Source: Terriglobia bacterium | Lineage (GTDB): Bacteria > Acidobacteriota > Terriglobia > UBA7540 | Length of the DNA stretch: 64,000 nt | Reading direction: 5' to 3' | Assembly: GCA_050010015.1 (NCBI GenBank) | Contig: JBEKLY010000001.1 | Coordinates: forward strand, 1,883-65,882 | Shown: positions 35,731 through 44,462 of the stretch, piece after piece | How the letters are laid out: each line of letters starts with the position of its first letter | Position numbering within the stretch: position 1 is the stretch's first letter | Made by a program: the position numbers and the translations under genes | The notes under the pieces: generated by a model | What the model was told of the DNA's origin: nothing | The model's database searches: none | The model's input: the letters and a program-made list of their open reading frames with translations, nothing else

Positions 35731-37062
35731 ATGGGCCCGCAACTTCAGACCGAACCAATCCAACCCCAGACGGAGAATCCAAAGTGGAGCCTGGCCGTCC
35801 GGATTGGCTTTCGATTCTGCCTTATATACTTGGGGCTGTATTGTCTTGCCACGCAAATCATCACCAGCCTGTTCTCCAGCACCCAGGGAGCAGACATTCC
35901 CGACCCGTCCACGCTTTGGCCTATGCGCCCCGTCGTCTTCTGGACCGCCACCCATATCCTCCACGTCAGGGCGCCTTTGTCTCTCGGCGGCAATAGTGGC
36001 AGCGGCGACTGCATGTTCGGCTGGGTCCTGGCCTTCTGCTTGCTCGCGATTGCCGTCTTCGCGACCGGCATCTGGTCCCTTGTCGACCGCAGGCGGGAAA
36101 ACTACGTCGGGTTGCACAAGTGGTTTTGGATTTTTGCTCGTTTCGCGCTCGCCGGACAGATGATTAACTACGGCATGTTTAAAGTCATCCCGTTGCAAAT
36201 GCCGTATCCGACATTAACCAGGTTGCTTCAGCCTTTCGGCACGTTCTCTCCCATGGGGGTCCTCTGGTCTTCGATCGGCGCTTCCCCGGTTTATGAGATC
36301 TTCGCCGGGTGCGCGGAAGTAGTCGGTGGACTGCTGCTCATCCTTCCTCGCACGGCCAGCTTCGGCGCCCTGATCTGCCTCGCCGACATGATCCAGGTCT
36401 TCATGCTAAACATGACCTACGATGTGCCGGTGAAACTGTTTGCCTTCCACCTCATCCTGCTCGCCTGTTTCCTCCTGGCCCCCGACCTTCCACGTCTCGT
36501 CAGCGTCCTCTTCCTGAATCGTGCCACCGCGCCTTCCCCCCAAGCGCAACTCTTCCGCGCTGCCCGCGCCAACCGGTTCGTGCTCGCCGCGCAAGTCGTA
36601 TTGGGTCTCTGGCTCGTAGGTATGAACGTATACAGCGCTCGGGGGGATTGGAGCGTCTTCGGCGGCGGCAGACCGCACTCGCCGCTATACGGCATCTGGG
36701 AGGTGAGCCGGATGTCGATTGACGAACAACCGCGTCCGCCGCTCCTGACCGACTACGGCCGCTGGCGGCGGGCCATCTTCGATTTCCCCGCCCAGATGGC
36801 ATTTCAGCGGATGGACGATTCGTTCGCTTATTATTCCGCCTCCATCAGTCTCACGGACAAAATTCTCGCCCTCACCAAGAGGGGCGACGAGAACTGGACA
36901 GCGAACTTCACCTTTCAGCGGCCTGCCCGGGAGCAGCTTATCCTGGATGGTCGGATGGACTATGATCAGGTTCACATCGAGCTTCAACTGACTGAGAGCA
37001 ACAAGTTCCTGCTCGTCCGAAGAGGTTTTCACTGGATCCAGGAGTTTACCTTCAATCGCTAG
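35731..37062 (+). CDS. DoxX-like integral membrane protein with a C-terminal extra domain
   Basis: GGAGG Shine-Dalgarno before ATG 35731. Multiple TM helices. AGCAEVVGGLLLILPRTA motif typical of DoxX-like proteins. Confidence 0.65.
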   Translation: MGPQLQTEPIQPQTENPKWSLAVRIGFRFCLIYLGLYCLATQIITSLFSSTQGADIPDPSTLWPMRPVVFWTATHILHVRAPLSLGGNSGSGDCMFGWVLAFCLLAIAVFATGIWSLVDRRRENYVGLHKWFWIFARFALAGQMINYGMFKVIPLQMPYPTLTRLLQPFGTFSPMGVLWSSIGASPVYEIFAGCAEVVGGLLLILPRTASFGALICLADMIQVFMLNMTYDVPVKLFAFHLILLACFLLAPDLPRLVSVLFLNRATAPSPQAQLFRAARANRFVLAAQVVLGLWLVGMNVYSARGDWSVFGGGRPHSPLYGIWEVSRMSIDEQPRPPLLTDYGRWRRAIFDFPAQMAFQRMDDSFAYYSASISLTDKILALTKRGDENWTANFTFQRPAREQLILDGRMDYDQVHIELQLTESNKFLLVRRGFHWIQEFTFNR

Positions 37063-37449
37063 CTTGGAGGCATACAGCAGTGGCCGACGCCGAAGCCGGT
37101 CACTTCCGTGTAGCGGGCATAACCCGAAAGTATTCCACTCGGCCCTGCTCGTACAAGTACCGTGCAACTGCGCAGAATCTGAGTGAATGAGCTTGTCCTC
37201 GACGATTACCCGCGATTAACGGCGAAGGGTTTGCCTATGCGACGCCGCCGATCTGTCTCCGAGCAGCTAACTAACGCCAGTTGGATACCTGGGCTGTTCC
37301 CTTCCTAAGCCTTCCTAAGACAACTCGCGAAAATGTCGGTGGCAAATCTTGCGGGAAAACCTACAAAAACTCCAACCCGGCGCAAAACGCCATTGACATC
37401 AGGCACCTGAGAATTTACGAAATTCTCCGGGAAAACCACGATGGACGAC

Positions 37450-37727
37450 TTCGAATCCCACCCTCTCCGCCACCCTACGCTAAAGCTTCAGTTGGCTGGC
37501 CACCCGGAGTTTTAGCGTAGGGTGTCTCCCGAAGCTTCAGCGCAGGGAGACAGGCATCCATGTGGCATGTCTATTTTCTCCAGCTCAAAAACGGCGACAT
37601 TTACGTCGGGTCGACAAACGATCTGAAGCGCCGTTTCTCTTCGCACCCATTGGGACAGGTCCTTTCAACAAAGGGGAATCTCCCGGTTAAACTAAAGAGC
37701 TACGTAGCCGTCGAATCTGAGGCTCTG
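37450..37727 (+). repeat. right 278-bp direct repeat (displaced tRNA-Ser 3' end, hairpins, GIY-YIG codons 1-56)
   Basis: Starts exactly at TTCGAATCCCACCCTCTCCGCCA. There is no T-stem partner or rest of the tRNA upstream. Confidence 0.9.
37560..37727 (+). pseudogene. truncated GIY-YIG gene copy (56 codons)
   Basis: MWHVYFLQLKNGDIYVGSTNDLKRRFSSHPLGQ... is colinear with 27601-27768. Homology stops at 37727, and the remainder of track ORF 37560-38081 is read-through. Confidence 0.8.
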
Positions 37728-37974
37728 TGCGCCCTACGGAGCTGGAATGGACGCGCTCTATGCGCAGGCACGGATGAGAAAATCGCGGACCGGAGTTCCG
37801 ATGACCCGCACGGAGCATTGCACGAGGCGAAGAACGCTGCGGCGCTTTCGGCAACGAGTTTGAGGGCAGAGGGGGCCAGAGGGTCCCAAAGAGGGGACCG
37901 CAGCCAAAGGGCCGCCGTGAACGGGATGACAAAGAAAGGTGAGCGAAAGGAAGCTGAGTTTGATTCCCGTATGC

Positions 37975-38660
37975 TTATTGTTCGGGTGTCTCGTCTCCGC
38001 CTCGGGCATCGTCCCGGCTGCCCATGGCGTAGAGTAGCAGCTCGGCACGACTGGAAATCCCGAGTTTATTGTAAATGTTAAACAGGTGATTCTTGACAGT
38101 GTGCGAGCTCAGGCCGAGGGAGTGCGAATCTCGCCGTTCGGAAGGCCTTCGGCGACCATGCGAACGATTTGCTCCTCTCGCTCGGTAAGGATGGGTTTGC
38201 CTTTGGCGTTGGCGATGTGGATCTTTCCTCTGCTTTCCAACGCTTGCATGATCCAGTGTAGTTGGCCGCTGTCGGCCCAGATCTGCCCCGCATGCACGCA
38301 CCGAATGCATTTGCACAATGCCGGGAAGTCCTCGTTCAGGCAGAAAACGCCTCGTGCTCCGTGCGAGAAGGCATCGACCACCTGCTCAGCGTCTACACAA
38401 TCCAACAGGACAATAACACGCGCTGATGAGCCGATCAGGTTGAGCTCTCGCAAGCCCCGCAATCCCCCAGTCGCTTCGTTTTCCAGGTTCGCGCTTATGA
38501 GAACCACGTCGGGCTGATGCTCCGCCACCTTTTCGAAAAAATCCTTCCGATTATGCACTGTAGCAACCACATTAAAGTGCTTGCGGCGCTGGCCGAGTGC
38601 CAGACCAAGTAGGTGATTCGCCAAGGTGTTTGAAGCGGCGATCAGAATTGATATGGTCAT
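37975..38660 (-). pseudogene. NarL/LuxR-family response regulator with a degenerate receiver domain and an apparent -1 frameshift near 38120-38130
   Basis: The REC-like part lies in ORF 38109-38660. The LuxR HTH (HSLGLSSHTVKNHLFNIYNKLGISSRAELLLYA) lies in ORF 37975-38316. The two frames join if one base is restored at ...GAGATT^CGCACTCC... Confidence 0.7.
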
Positions 38661-39034
38661 CGCTGCGCCTCCCGCGCCGCTGAACCGGAGGAATCCAATC
38701 TGCGGGCATTGTCCAGGCCGGATTATAACGTCAGCCGCGGAAAAAACAATCCGAAATCAGACATCATTACTTCTTCATACACTACTAGACATACAGTATC
38801 CGCTTATGTATAGCGTCCCGCTTCCTTAAGAAGATTAGCGGCCTCCGATGAGACGATCATGCCCGCCCGCGTGGGCCCGCTTAACAAGCCGATATAAGAC
38901 TTCCGACTCAGGTTTTTTCCTACCAAAGATGACATTTGTCCATGAGGAGTTCCGCCTATTGCAAGGCCTTCGCCTGTAACCTACACTGCGCATCCGATTC
39001 CAGCGCACGCCAGTCAGCAGGAGCCGCGTGGAGC

Positions 39035-39475
39035 ATGGAAAAAATGCAACGAACAACCGGACGCACCAATCAAGAGCGTCGAAAACACAACCGCTACCGG
39101 CTGGAAGTTCCCGTTATCTTTTCGTGGCGGGACGCGCAAGGTGAGCGGCGTGAAGGGGTGGGCCTTACGCGCGTCCTCAGCACGCATGGAGCATTCGTCT
39201 TGACGGCGACTCCTCCGCCCGTGAACGCCAGCATTGCACTGAAGGTTCTCATCCCGCGGGTCGGCGCGGCAGGCCCGCACATGTTCCTTCTCGGCGAGGG
39301 AACCGTGGTTCGCGTGGATGCTTTTTCGTACCCCGACGCCAGCGCAAGTTTTGCGGTGGCGGGTAGATCCTTCGTCTTGAACCGAGATGAAGCGGCGCTG
39401 AGTGAGCGCGCTGTGATTAAGTCCAGGGCGCTGACCTCAGGCGTAGAGGTCAGCGCTAGGCAACGTCCGAGATAG
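39035..39475 (+). CDS. PilZ domain protein (putative c-di-GMP receptor)
   Basis: QERRKHNRYRL (RxxxR) followed by GLTRVLSTHGAFV (D/NxSxxG-like). The start is ATG 39035 or 39044. Confidence 0.65.
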   Translation: MEKMQRTTGRTNQERRKHNRYRLEVPVIFSWRDAQGERREGVGLTRVLSTHGAFVLTATPPPVNASIALKVLIPRVGAAGPHMFLLGEGTVVRVDAFSYPDASASFAVAGRSFVLNRDEAALSERAVIKSRALTSGVEVSARQRPR

Positions 39476-39613
39476 TCCGAATCCGTTTTCTTAGCTCTGC
39501 GGTTCTAGCCAACAGACGCACACCTAGTTAATTCAGTTGTTGAGTTCCAGAAATGTGACTCACAGGGCGGAGCTACGTTCTGAGATACAGACCAAGTTAG
39601 GCACCCAGATAGA

Positions 39614-39928
39614 ATGAACAACCCAACGAACGGCAGGCGCTGCCGCCCGCTCTCGACGATCGGAGAAACGCCATCGAATGAAGCTCCCAGGATGCATGCT
39701 AAAACGGGAGATCGGTCGAAGGGACGTCATCAGACACGCGACCTCGGCCGTGAGCGCCGAGTTCCGGCAGTGATTCAGCCCAGGTGGAGGCTATCGAAGG
39801 AATACGTGAATGTTGCGACTCCACTTGCTTTCTTGATCGAGGAAGATGATGTGATTGCCAAGGACGTGGCACTTGGGAGAGATACCATATTGGCCCTCGC
39901 CCCTACTCGGGGCATGAAGGAGGCATGA
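39614..39928 (+). CDS. hypothetical small ORF upstream of the Cys-rich gene (doubtful)
   Basis: ORF only. The basic, low-complexity N-terminal half is unconvincing. The stop sits 2 nt before the next ATG. Confidence 0.2.
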   Translation: MNNPTNGRRCRPLSTIGETPSNEAPRMHAKTGDRSKGRHQTRDLGRERRVPAVIQPRWRLSKEYVNVATPLAFLIEEDDVIAKDVALGRDTILALAPTRGMKEA

Positions 39929-39929
39929 A

Positions 39930-40469
39930 ATGAGCGCAGTTTTGGACGACATAGCGCGAATAATTGCCAGGCCCATCCCGCGAAGACAAGCGTTGAGGCT
40001 TGTCGGCGGAGTAGTGGGCGGCACAATAGCTGCGGCCCTCGGCAAAGCGAAGGGTTTGGGTAGCTGGGCGGCGCAGGTTGGGGGCGCATCGGTTGGGAAG
40101 TCCCCAAAATGTGGGCGTGGCCAGTTCGCCTGCGGCACCGGCAGCCGCGCGGTATGCTGCTCATCAGGCAAGACCTGCTGCGGCAACACCACCGTCGGGT
40201 TCACGTGTTGCGGTTCGAGTCAAGGCTGCTGCACGGACGCAAAGACAGCTTATTGCGCTCCTCCGCGGTCGACGTGTTGCAAAGGCGCACACTGCGGCTC
40301 AACCCAGTCCTGCTGCAATGGGAAGTGCTGCGACAAACTCTCACACGAGACGTGTTGCGGCACCACCAGTAGCGGCGTATGCTGCAGCTCGGGCAAGGTA
40401 TGCTGCGGTGGCAGGTGCTGCAGATCGGGCCCGTCTGCAAGCAATCCCTGTACAAGCGCCCGATGCTAG
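39930..40469 (+). CDS. Tat-signal, cysteine-rich secreted protein with granulin-like CC-doublet spacing (179 aa, 28 Cys)
   Basis: GAAGGAGG Shine-Dalgarno 6 nt before the ATG. PRRQALRLVGGVVGGTIAAALG is a twin-arginine-type signal. Eleven CC doublets. Confidence 0.7.
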   Translation: MSAVLDDIARIIARPIPRRQALRLVGGVVGGTIAAALGKAKGLGSWAAQVGGASVGKSPKCGRGQFACGTGSRAVCCSSGKTCCGNTTVGFTCCGSSQGCCTDAKTAYCAPPRSTCCKGAHCGSTQSCCNGKCCDKLSHETCCGTTSSGVCCSSGKVCCGGRCCRSGPSASNPCTSARC

Positions 40470-40525
40470 AACTGAAGTTAGTTCTTTCGGGGGGCAGTGT
40501 TTGCGCGCCCGTGACCCAGGAGTCT

Positions 40526-41362
40526 TCACGTGTCATCGTTGACGGCTTCGACGGAGGCTCTTAATCTTAGTTCATACCGCTTCTTGCGGAGTTTGACCTT
40601 CAGGAAAAGGCGCTCATCGAAGAAATCAGCGAAAAGGGGTGGCCGCGGGCCCAAGAGCAGGGTGCGTAGTTCCGGGTCCGGTGAGTCGGGCGCCAGGATG
40701 TGATCGGCGTCTCTCGAGAGCACCAGCAGCAGCGAGCGGTCGCCGGCATCGGCTTTCAGGCTGGCTATGCGCGCATAAGCGCGATGATATCCTGCCCAGA
40801 GCAGCGTCCGGTCCTCGAACTCGGTGGCGCTGACATGGGCTGCAAGTTCTTCGATGCCGAATGAGTTCCCGGGTTCGAAATTAACCGCAAACTCCCGGTG
40901 TGGAATTTCAATTTCGGCTGAGTTCCTCCTGAAATTCCCTTGCAGCATTTTGGATTCGTTGGGCCTCACGGTGAGGCAGTGCCGAATGCACCAGGACCGC
41001 GCCGTGGCATAGTCCATGTACTCCCGGGCTATGTCGAGCGTCATGTATAGCTGGTGTATCACCAGCCCCATAGGATCAACTTTGATTACGTCCCGGATGT
41101 GTGAATTTCCCGCCAAGCGGTGCGGGGCCAGGAACTTCTCGGCGGCGTCTTCCTCCTCACCCGTCAGATTCAGCCTTTCCGGTGAGTTCGCGGCTCGCGC
41201 CGGGAGCGCGCGAGCGACGGCGCGATACTCGTTCCAGAGACTCTCCGCCTCGGTTTCAGAATATGGGGGAAGGTCAACGCAGTCCTTACAGAGGTATGAG
41301 AGTGCGACGTCTCGTTCCATCCAGCCCAAGAGCAGGATTGCTTCCATTGACGCTGTTGCCAT
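40526..41362 (-). CDS. hypothetical protein (278 aa from ATG 41362)
   Basis: Protein-like composition over the C-terminal 280 codons. The upstream 170 codons of the track ORF are Arg/Pro/Gly-rich and overlap the divergent gene. No motif recognised. Confidence 0.45.
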   Translation of the reverse strand: MATASMEAILLLGWMERDVALSYLCKDCVDLPPYSETEAESLWNEYRAVARALPARAANSPERLNLTGEEEDAAEKFLAPHRLAGNSHIRDVIKVDPMGLVIHQLYMTLDIAREYMDYATARSWCIRHCLTVRPNESKMLQGNFRRNSAEIEIPHREFAVNFEPGNSFGIEELAAHVSATEFEDRTLLWAGYHRAYARIASLKADAGDRSLLLVLSRDADHILAPDSPDPELRTLLLGPRPPLFADFFDERLFLKVKLRKKRYELRLRASVEAVNDDT

Positions 41363-41673
41363 CGATGCCTTGCGGCCTCCCAAATCAGATGTGGCGAGAA
41401 TTCCCGGCTGCCCGCGAGCTCTTTCGCACGCCTCGAAAGCGCGGAAGCCAGGCGCCGGATCAGCTTCCGACCGGTGCTTCATTGCGGCTCGCGATATGCA
41501 AGTATACCCACACTTCGGCTCGGCGGGAAGGCAGCGAAGGCGTTGGGCGAGATCCGAATGTGTGGGGGCGGGAACGAGCTCCCTACTCGATGATGGCTCG
41601 CGGATGATTGCTGTTTGCGGGCCACGGCGCCGTCCTTGCGAGTCCGCCGGCGGACACGCAGGTTGAAGTCCTG

Positions 41674-43083
41674 ATGCCCAGCACCGTTTCAAAGCCATTC
41701 GGAATGTCGATTCAAAACAAGCGACTCGGAAGACTTCTCCACATGCTGCCCCCTTTACGTGAGAGCCTCCGCCCGTGCGGTACCCGAGCAGAGATCTCCC
41801 TTCAAGCGGGTTCTCGATCACTGGTTCTCCTGCTGGTGGTCGGCGGCGCAAGCCTGCTGTTAGCAGCGGAAACAGCACTGGTGGGGGTGACTTCGTCGTT
41901 CGAGACGCCTTCTCAGGGTCGCGTGATCCTGGCCCTCGAACCAGACGACGCCGCGGCTCAGCACTGGCTTGGGTGTGTTTACGAAGATACCGATCCGGCC
42001 CAAAGCGTCGTGCATTTGCGCCGTGCGACCGAGATCAACCCTTATGGCCGGCTCTATTGGTCAGACCTCGCCTCTGCCTGCCAGTCAATCGACGATACGC
42101 AGTGTGTCGATCAGACTAGAAGGCGCCTGTTGACGCTGTGTCCCATGGTGCCTCTTTACCATTTGTATGCTGCCCGATCTTCTTTGAAGGCAAGCCGGCT
42201 TGACGAGTCGGCGGCGGAATTCCGGCGCCTGTTGCAACTCGACCCGACATACGCCCCCAGCGCTTGGTTTTCTCTTCGACCTGTGCTTGAGCCCGACCGC
42301 ATCTTCCAACAAGTGCTGGCTGACAGCCCCAGTTCCGAAATCAAGGTTGGGTACGTCGAATTCTTGAGCACGCAAGGTGAGGACGCCGCCGCCTATCGAA
42401 TCTGGAAGCGAGTCGCGGCAAATTCTCGCATCTTTCCGTTCTCTTTAGCGCAGCCCTACCTGGACCACCTGATTGGCCTGGGCAGAATCGATGAGGCCGC
42501 GGACGTCTGGCACGACCTCAGGCGGTTGGGAATTGTAGAAGCCTCCGGCAAGGAGAAAGAAGGCAATCTGGTCTTCAATGGCGATTTCGAGCAATCGCCG
42601 TTGAACGCCGGGTTCGATTGGCGGTCTGGCCCGAGTATTTATCTAGGAGTCGATTTCTCAGCCACCGGCGCTTACCATGGGGCTCGATGCCTGCGGGTTG
42701 ATTTTACGGTTAAACGTAACGAAGAGTATGAGCCCGTGTACCAAATTGTGCCCGTTCTTCCCAATCGATCCTACAAGCTAGAAGCTTATGTGCGCTCAGA
42801 GGAGATCACCTCCAACACCGGCCCTTGCTTGCGCGTGCGTGATGCCAGGCAACCCGGCTTTCCGGACGCTGTAAGTGAGACGACAATCAAGACGACCCCA
42901 TGGCATCCTGTTCGGCTGTACTTTTCGACCGGAGCGGAGACCCGGTCTGTGCGGGTCTCACTCTGGCGACCTCGCGGCCGGGTTTATCCCACCGAAATCT
43001 CCGGAAGCTTCTGGTTAGATGCCGTTTCACTCCAATGCATGGATTGTCCTGGCGGGAAGAGCGCCCTGGAGAGTCAGCTTTGA
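41674..43083 (+). CDS. membrane-anchored TPR protein with a C-terminal carbohydrate-binding-module-like domain
   Basis: TM segment LVLLLVVGGASLLLAA. TPR-like helices. C-terminus NLVFNGDFEQ...FWLDAVSLQC resembles CBM4/9-type sandwiches (tentative). Confidence 0.6.
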   Translation: MPSTVSKPFGMSIQNKRLGRLLHMLPPLRESLRPCGTRAEISLQAGSRSLVLLLVVGGASLLLAAETALVGVTSSFETPSQGRVILALEPDDAAAQHWLGCVYEDTDPAQSVVHLRRATEINPYGRLYWSDLASACQSIDDTQCVDQTRRRLLTLCPMVPLYHLYAARSSLKASRLDESAAEFRRLLQLDPTYAPSAWFSLRPVLEPDRIFQQVLADSPSSEIKVGYVEFLSTQGEDAAAYRIWKRVAANSRIFPFSLAQPYLDHLIGLGRIDEAADVWHDLRRLGIVEASGKEKEGNLVFNGDFEQSPLNAGFDWRSGPSIYLGVDFSATGAYHGARCLRVDFTVKRNEEYEPVYQIVPVLPNRSYKLEAYVRSEEITSNTGPCLRVRDARQPGFPDAVSETTIKTTPWHPVRLYFSTGAETRSVRVSLWRPRGRVYPTEISGSFWLDAVSLQCMDCPGGKSALESQL

Positions 43084-43085
43084 GA

Positions 43086-44462
43086 ATGGAGTTTTCCCCG
43101 ATGTGGCCGGCCGACGCAGTCATGTACGGGGAGGTTCACGCAAAAGCTAATAGGAATCCGACGGGGATCAGCGTAGCCCGAGTTTTGGTTGTCGCTGCTC
43201 TAATAGGCGCGCCATTGGCCATCGGGGCTGTGGATCCTTGGGCCTGGACCTCGGTAGGCCTACTAGCTTATCTTGCCCTCTTCTTGTGGGCATTGGGAAG
43301 TGTTCAGCAAGGAGCACTGAGATTCGTCTGGTCGCCGCTTTATATACCCATCATCGTGTTTCTTCTTTGGGGACTTGTTCAATATTGGGGGCGACTCACG
43401 CTCGACCGATCGGCTACCCGCGAATCCCTCGTGCTGTTGGCGGTTGATGGGACATTGTTTTTCCTCACCGCCCAACTTTTCGCCACAGCGGGCAAGCAAA
43501 CCTGGCGCTGCTTGGGTCTTGCGGTGGTGGCATTCGCGGGCCTGTTGGCATTGTTCTCCATTCTCCAGTTCGCTTCCGGGACGCACAGAATTTACGGAAG
43601 GATCGACACACCCGCTTATCTCTTTGGCCCGTATGTTAATCCCGACCACTACGCGGGCTTGATGGAAATGCTTATTCCGGTAGCGGCCCTCTACATTGTC
43701 GGCCAGAGGAAGAGGCTCCCTTATGCGACTCTGGCTTTGCTGCTCTTTGCGGCAGCAGTCGCGCTCGCCTCACTGCTGCTTTCTGGTTCTCGTGGCGGCC
43801 TGATCGCACTCTCTGTAGAGGTCGCGATACTATCTGTCATCTTCGGCTTCTCGAGTCCTCGGAAAACTGAGGGCGCCCGACTGGCGATGGTTGTTGCCAC
43901 CACACTCTTGGCGGGCGCGCTCTTGTTCGCTTGGGAGGACCCCGGCTGGGTCTTGAACCGCTTGAGCCTGCTCGCTCACGTCAAGGGTCACGCTTGGGCC
44001 GATGAAATGGCCACGCGCAGAAGCTTCGCAAAGGATTCACTGCGCATGTTGCTGCGTCACCCTGTGTCGGGTGTTGGCTTAGGAAGTTTTAAGACCGCTT
44101 ATCCAAGCTATCAGAGTTACCCCGGTGATTGGTGGGTTTCTCACGCCCACAATGATTACGTCGAGGCTGCGGCTGAAACCGGGATCATCGGCATGGCCGC
44201 GGTGCTGACAGCACTGGCGCTCTTCTTCCGCACTGCCTTCGCAGGTCTGGCCCGCCGCGTGGGAACTGAAGACGGATGGATCAGGCTCGGCGCCGCCATA
44301 GGGTGCTGTGGTTTGCTCGTACACAGTTTTTTCGATTTCAACCTACACATCCCGGCGAACGCGGCCTGGTTTGCAGTCCTCGCCGGACTGGCCACCACGG
44401 CAGATTTCGCTGGAGCGAAGAAAAACTTTCGGGATCAGGAGCAACACCATGCGGCGATTTGA
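43086..44462 (+). CDS. O-antigen ligase/polymerase family membrane protein (Wzy-like) 1
   Basis: More than 10 TM helices. HAHNDYVEAAAETGIIG motif of the Wzy_C family. Confidence 0.75.
   Translation: MEFSPMWPADAVMYGEVHAKANRNPTGISVARVLVVAALIGAPLAIGAVDPWAWTSVGLLAYLALFLWALGSVQQGALRFVWSPLYIPIIVFLLWGLVQYWGRLTLDRSATRESLVLLAVDGTLFFLTAQLFATAGKQTWRCLGLAVVAFAGLLALFSILQFASGTHRIYGRIDTPAYLFGPYVNPDHYAGLMEMLIPVAALYIVGQRKRLPYATLALLLFAAAVALASLLLSGSRGGLIALSVEVAILSVIFGFSSPRKTEGARLAMVVATTLLAGALLFAWEDPGWVLNRLSLLAHVKGHAWADEMATRRSFAKDSLRMLLRHPVSGVGLGSFKTAYPSYQSYPGDWWVSHAHNDYVEAAAETGIIGMAAVLTALALFFRTAFAGLARRVGTEDGWIRLGAAIGCCGLLVHSFFDFNLHIPANAAWFAVLAGLATTADFAGAKKNFRDQEQHHAAI

Noticed and set aside
35401-36198. 265-aa minus-strand ORF spanning the amidohydrolase/DoxX junction
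   Set aside because: Antisense shadow, with Arg/Pro/Gly-rich composition.
27769-37449. Search for an integrase, excisionase or other recombinase inside the insertion
   Set aside because: None of the listed ORFs, nor my hand translations of 37.07-37.45 kb, show tyrosine-recombinase (R..HxxR..Y) or serine-recombinase signatures. Absence is reported as an observation, not proof.
37728-38081. Distal two-thirds of the 173-aa ORF 37560-38081
   Set aside because: Only codons 1-56 are homologous to the GIY-YIG gene. The rest is read-through into unrelated sequence that overlaps the 3' end of the LuxR-type gene.
40078-40542. Alternative-frame ORFs (154 aa and 87 aa) overlapping the Cys-rich gene
   Set aside because: The 39930 frame has a strong Shine-Dalgarno, a Tat-like signal and the regular CC pattern. 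The alternative frames are Ala/Arg-rich with no start context.
41016-41666. 216-aa and 168-aa plus-strand ORFs
   Set aside because: Antisense to the orphan gene 40526-41362 and to its spurious upstream extension. Ser/Arg/Ala-rich with no motif.
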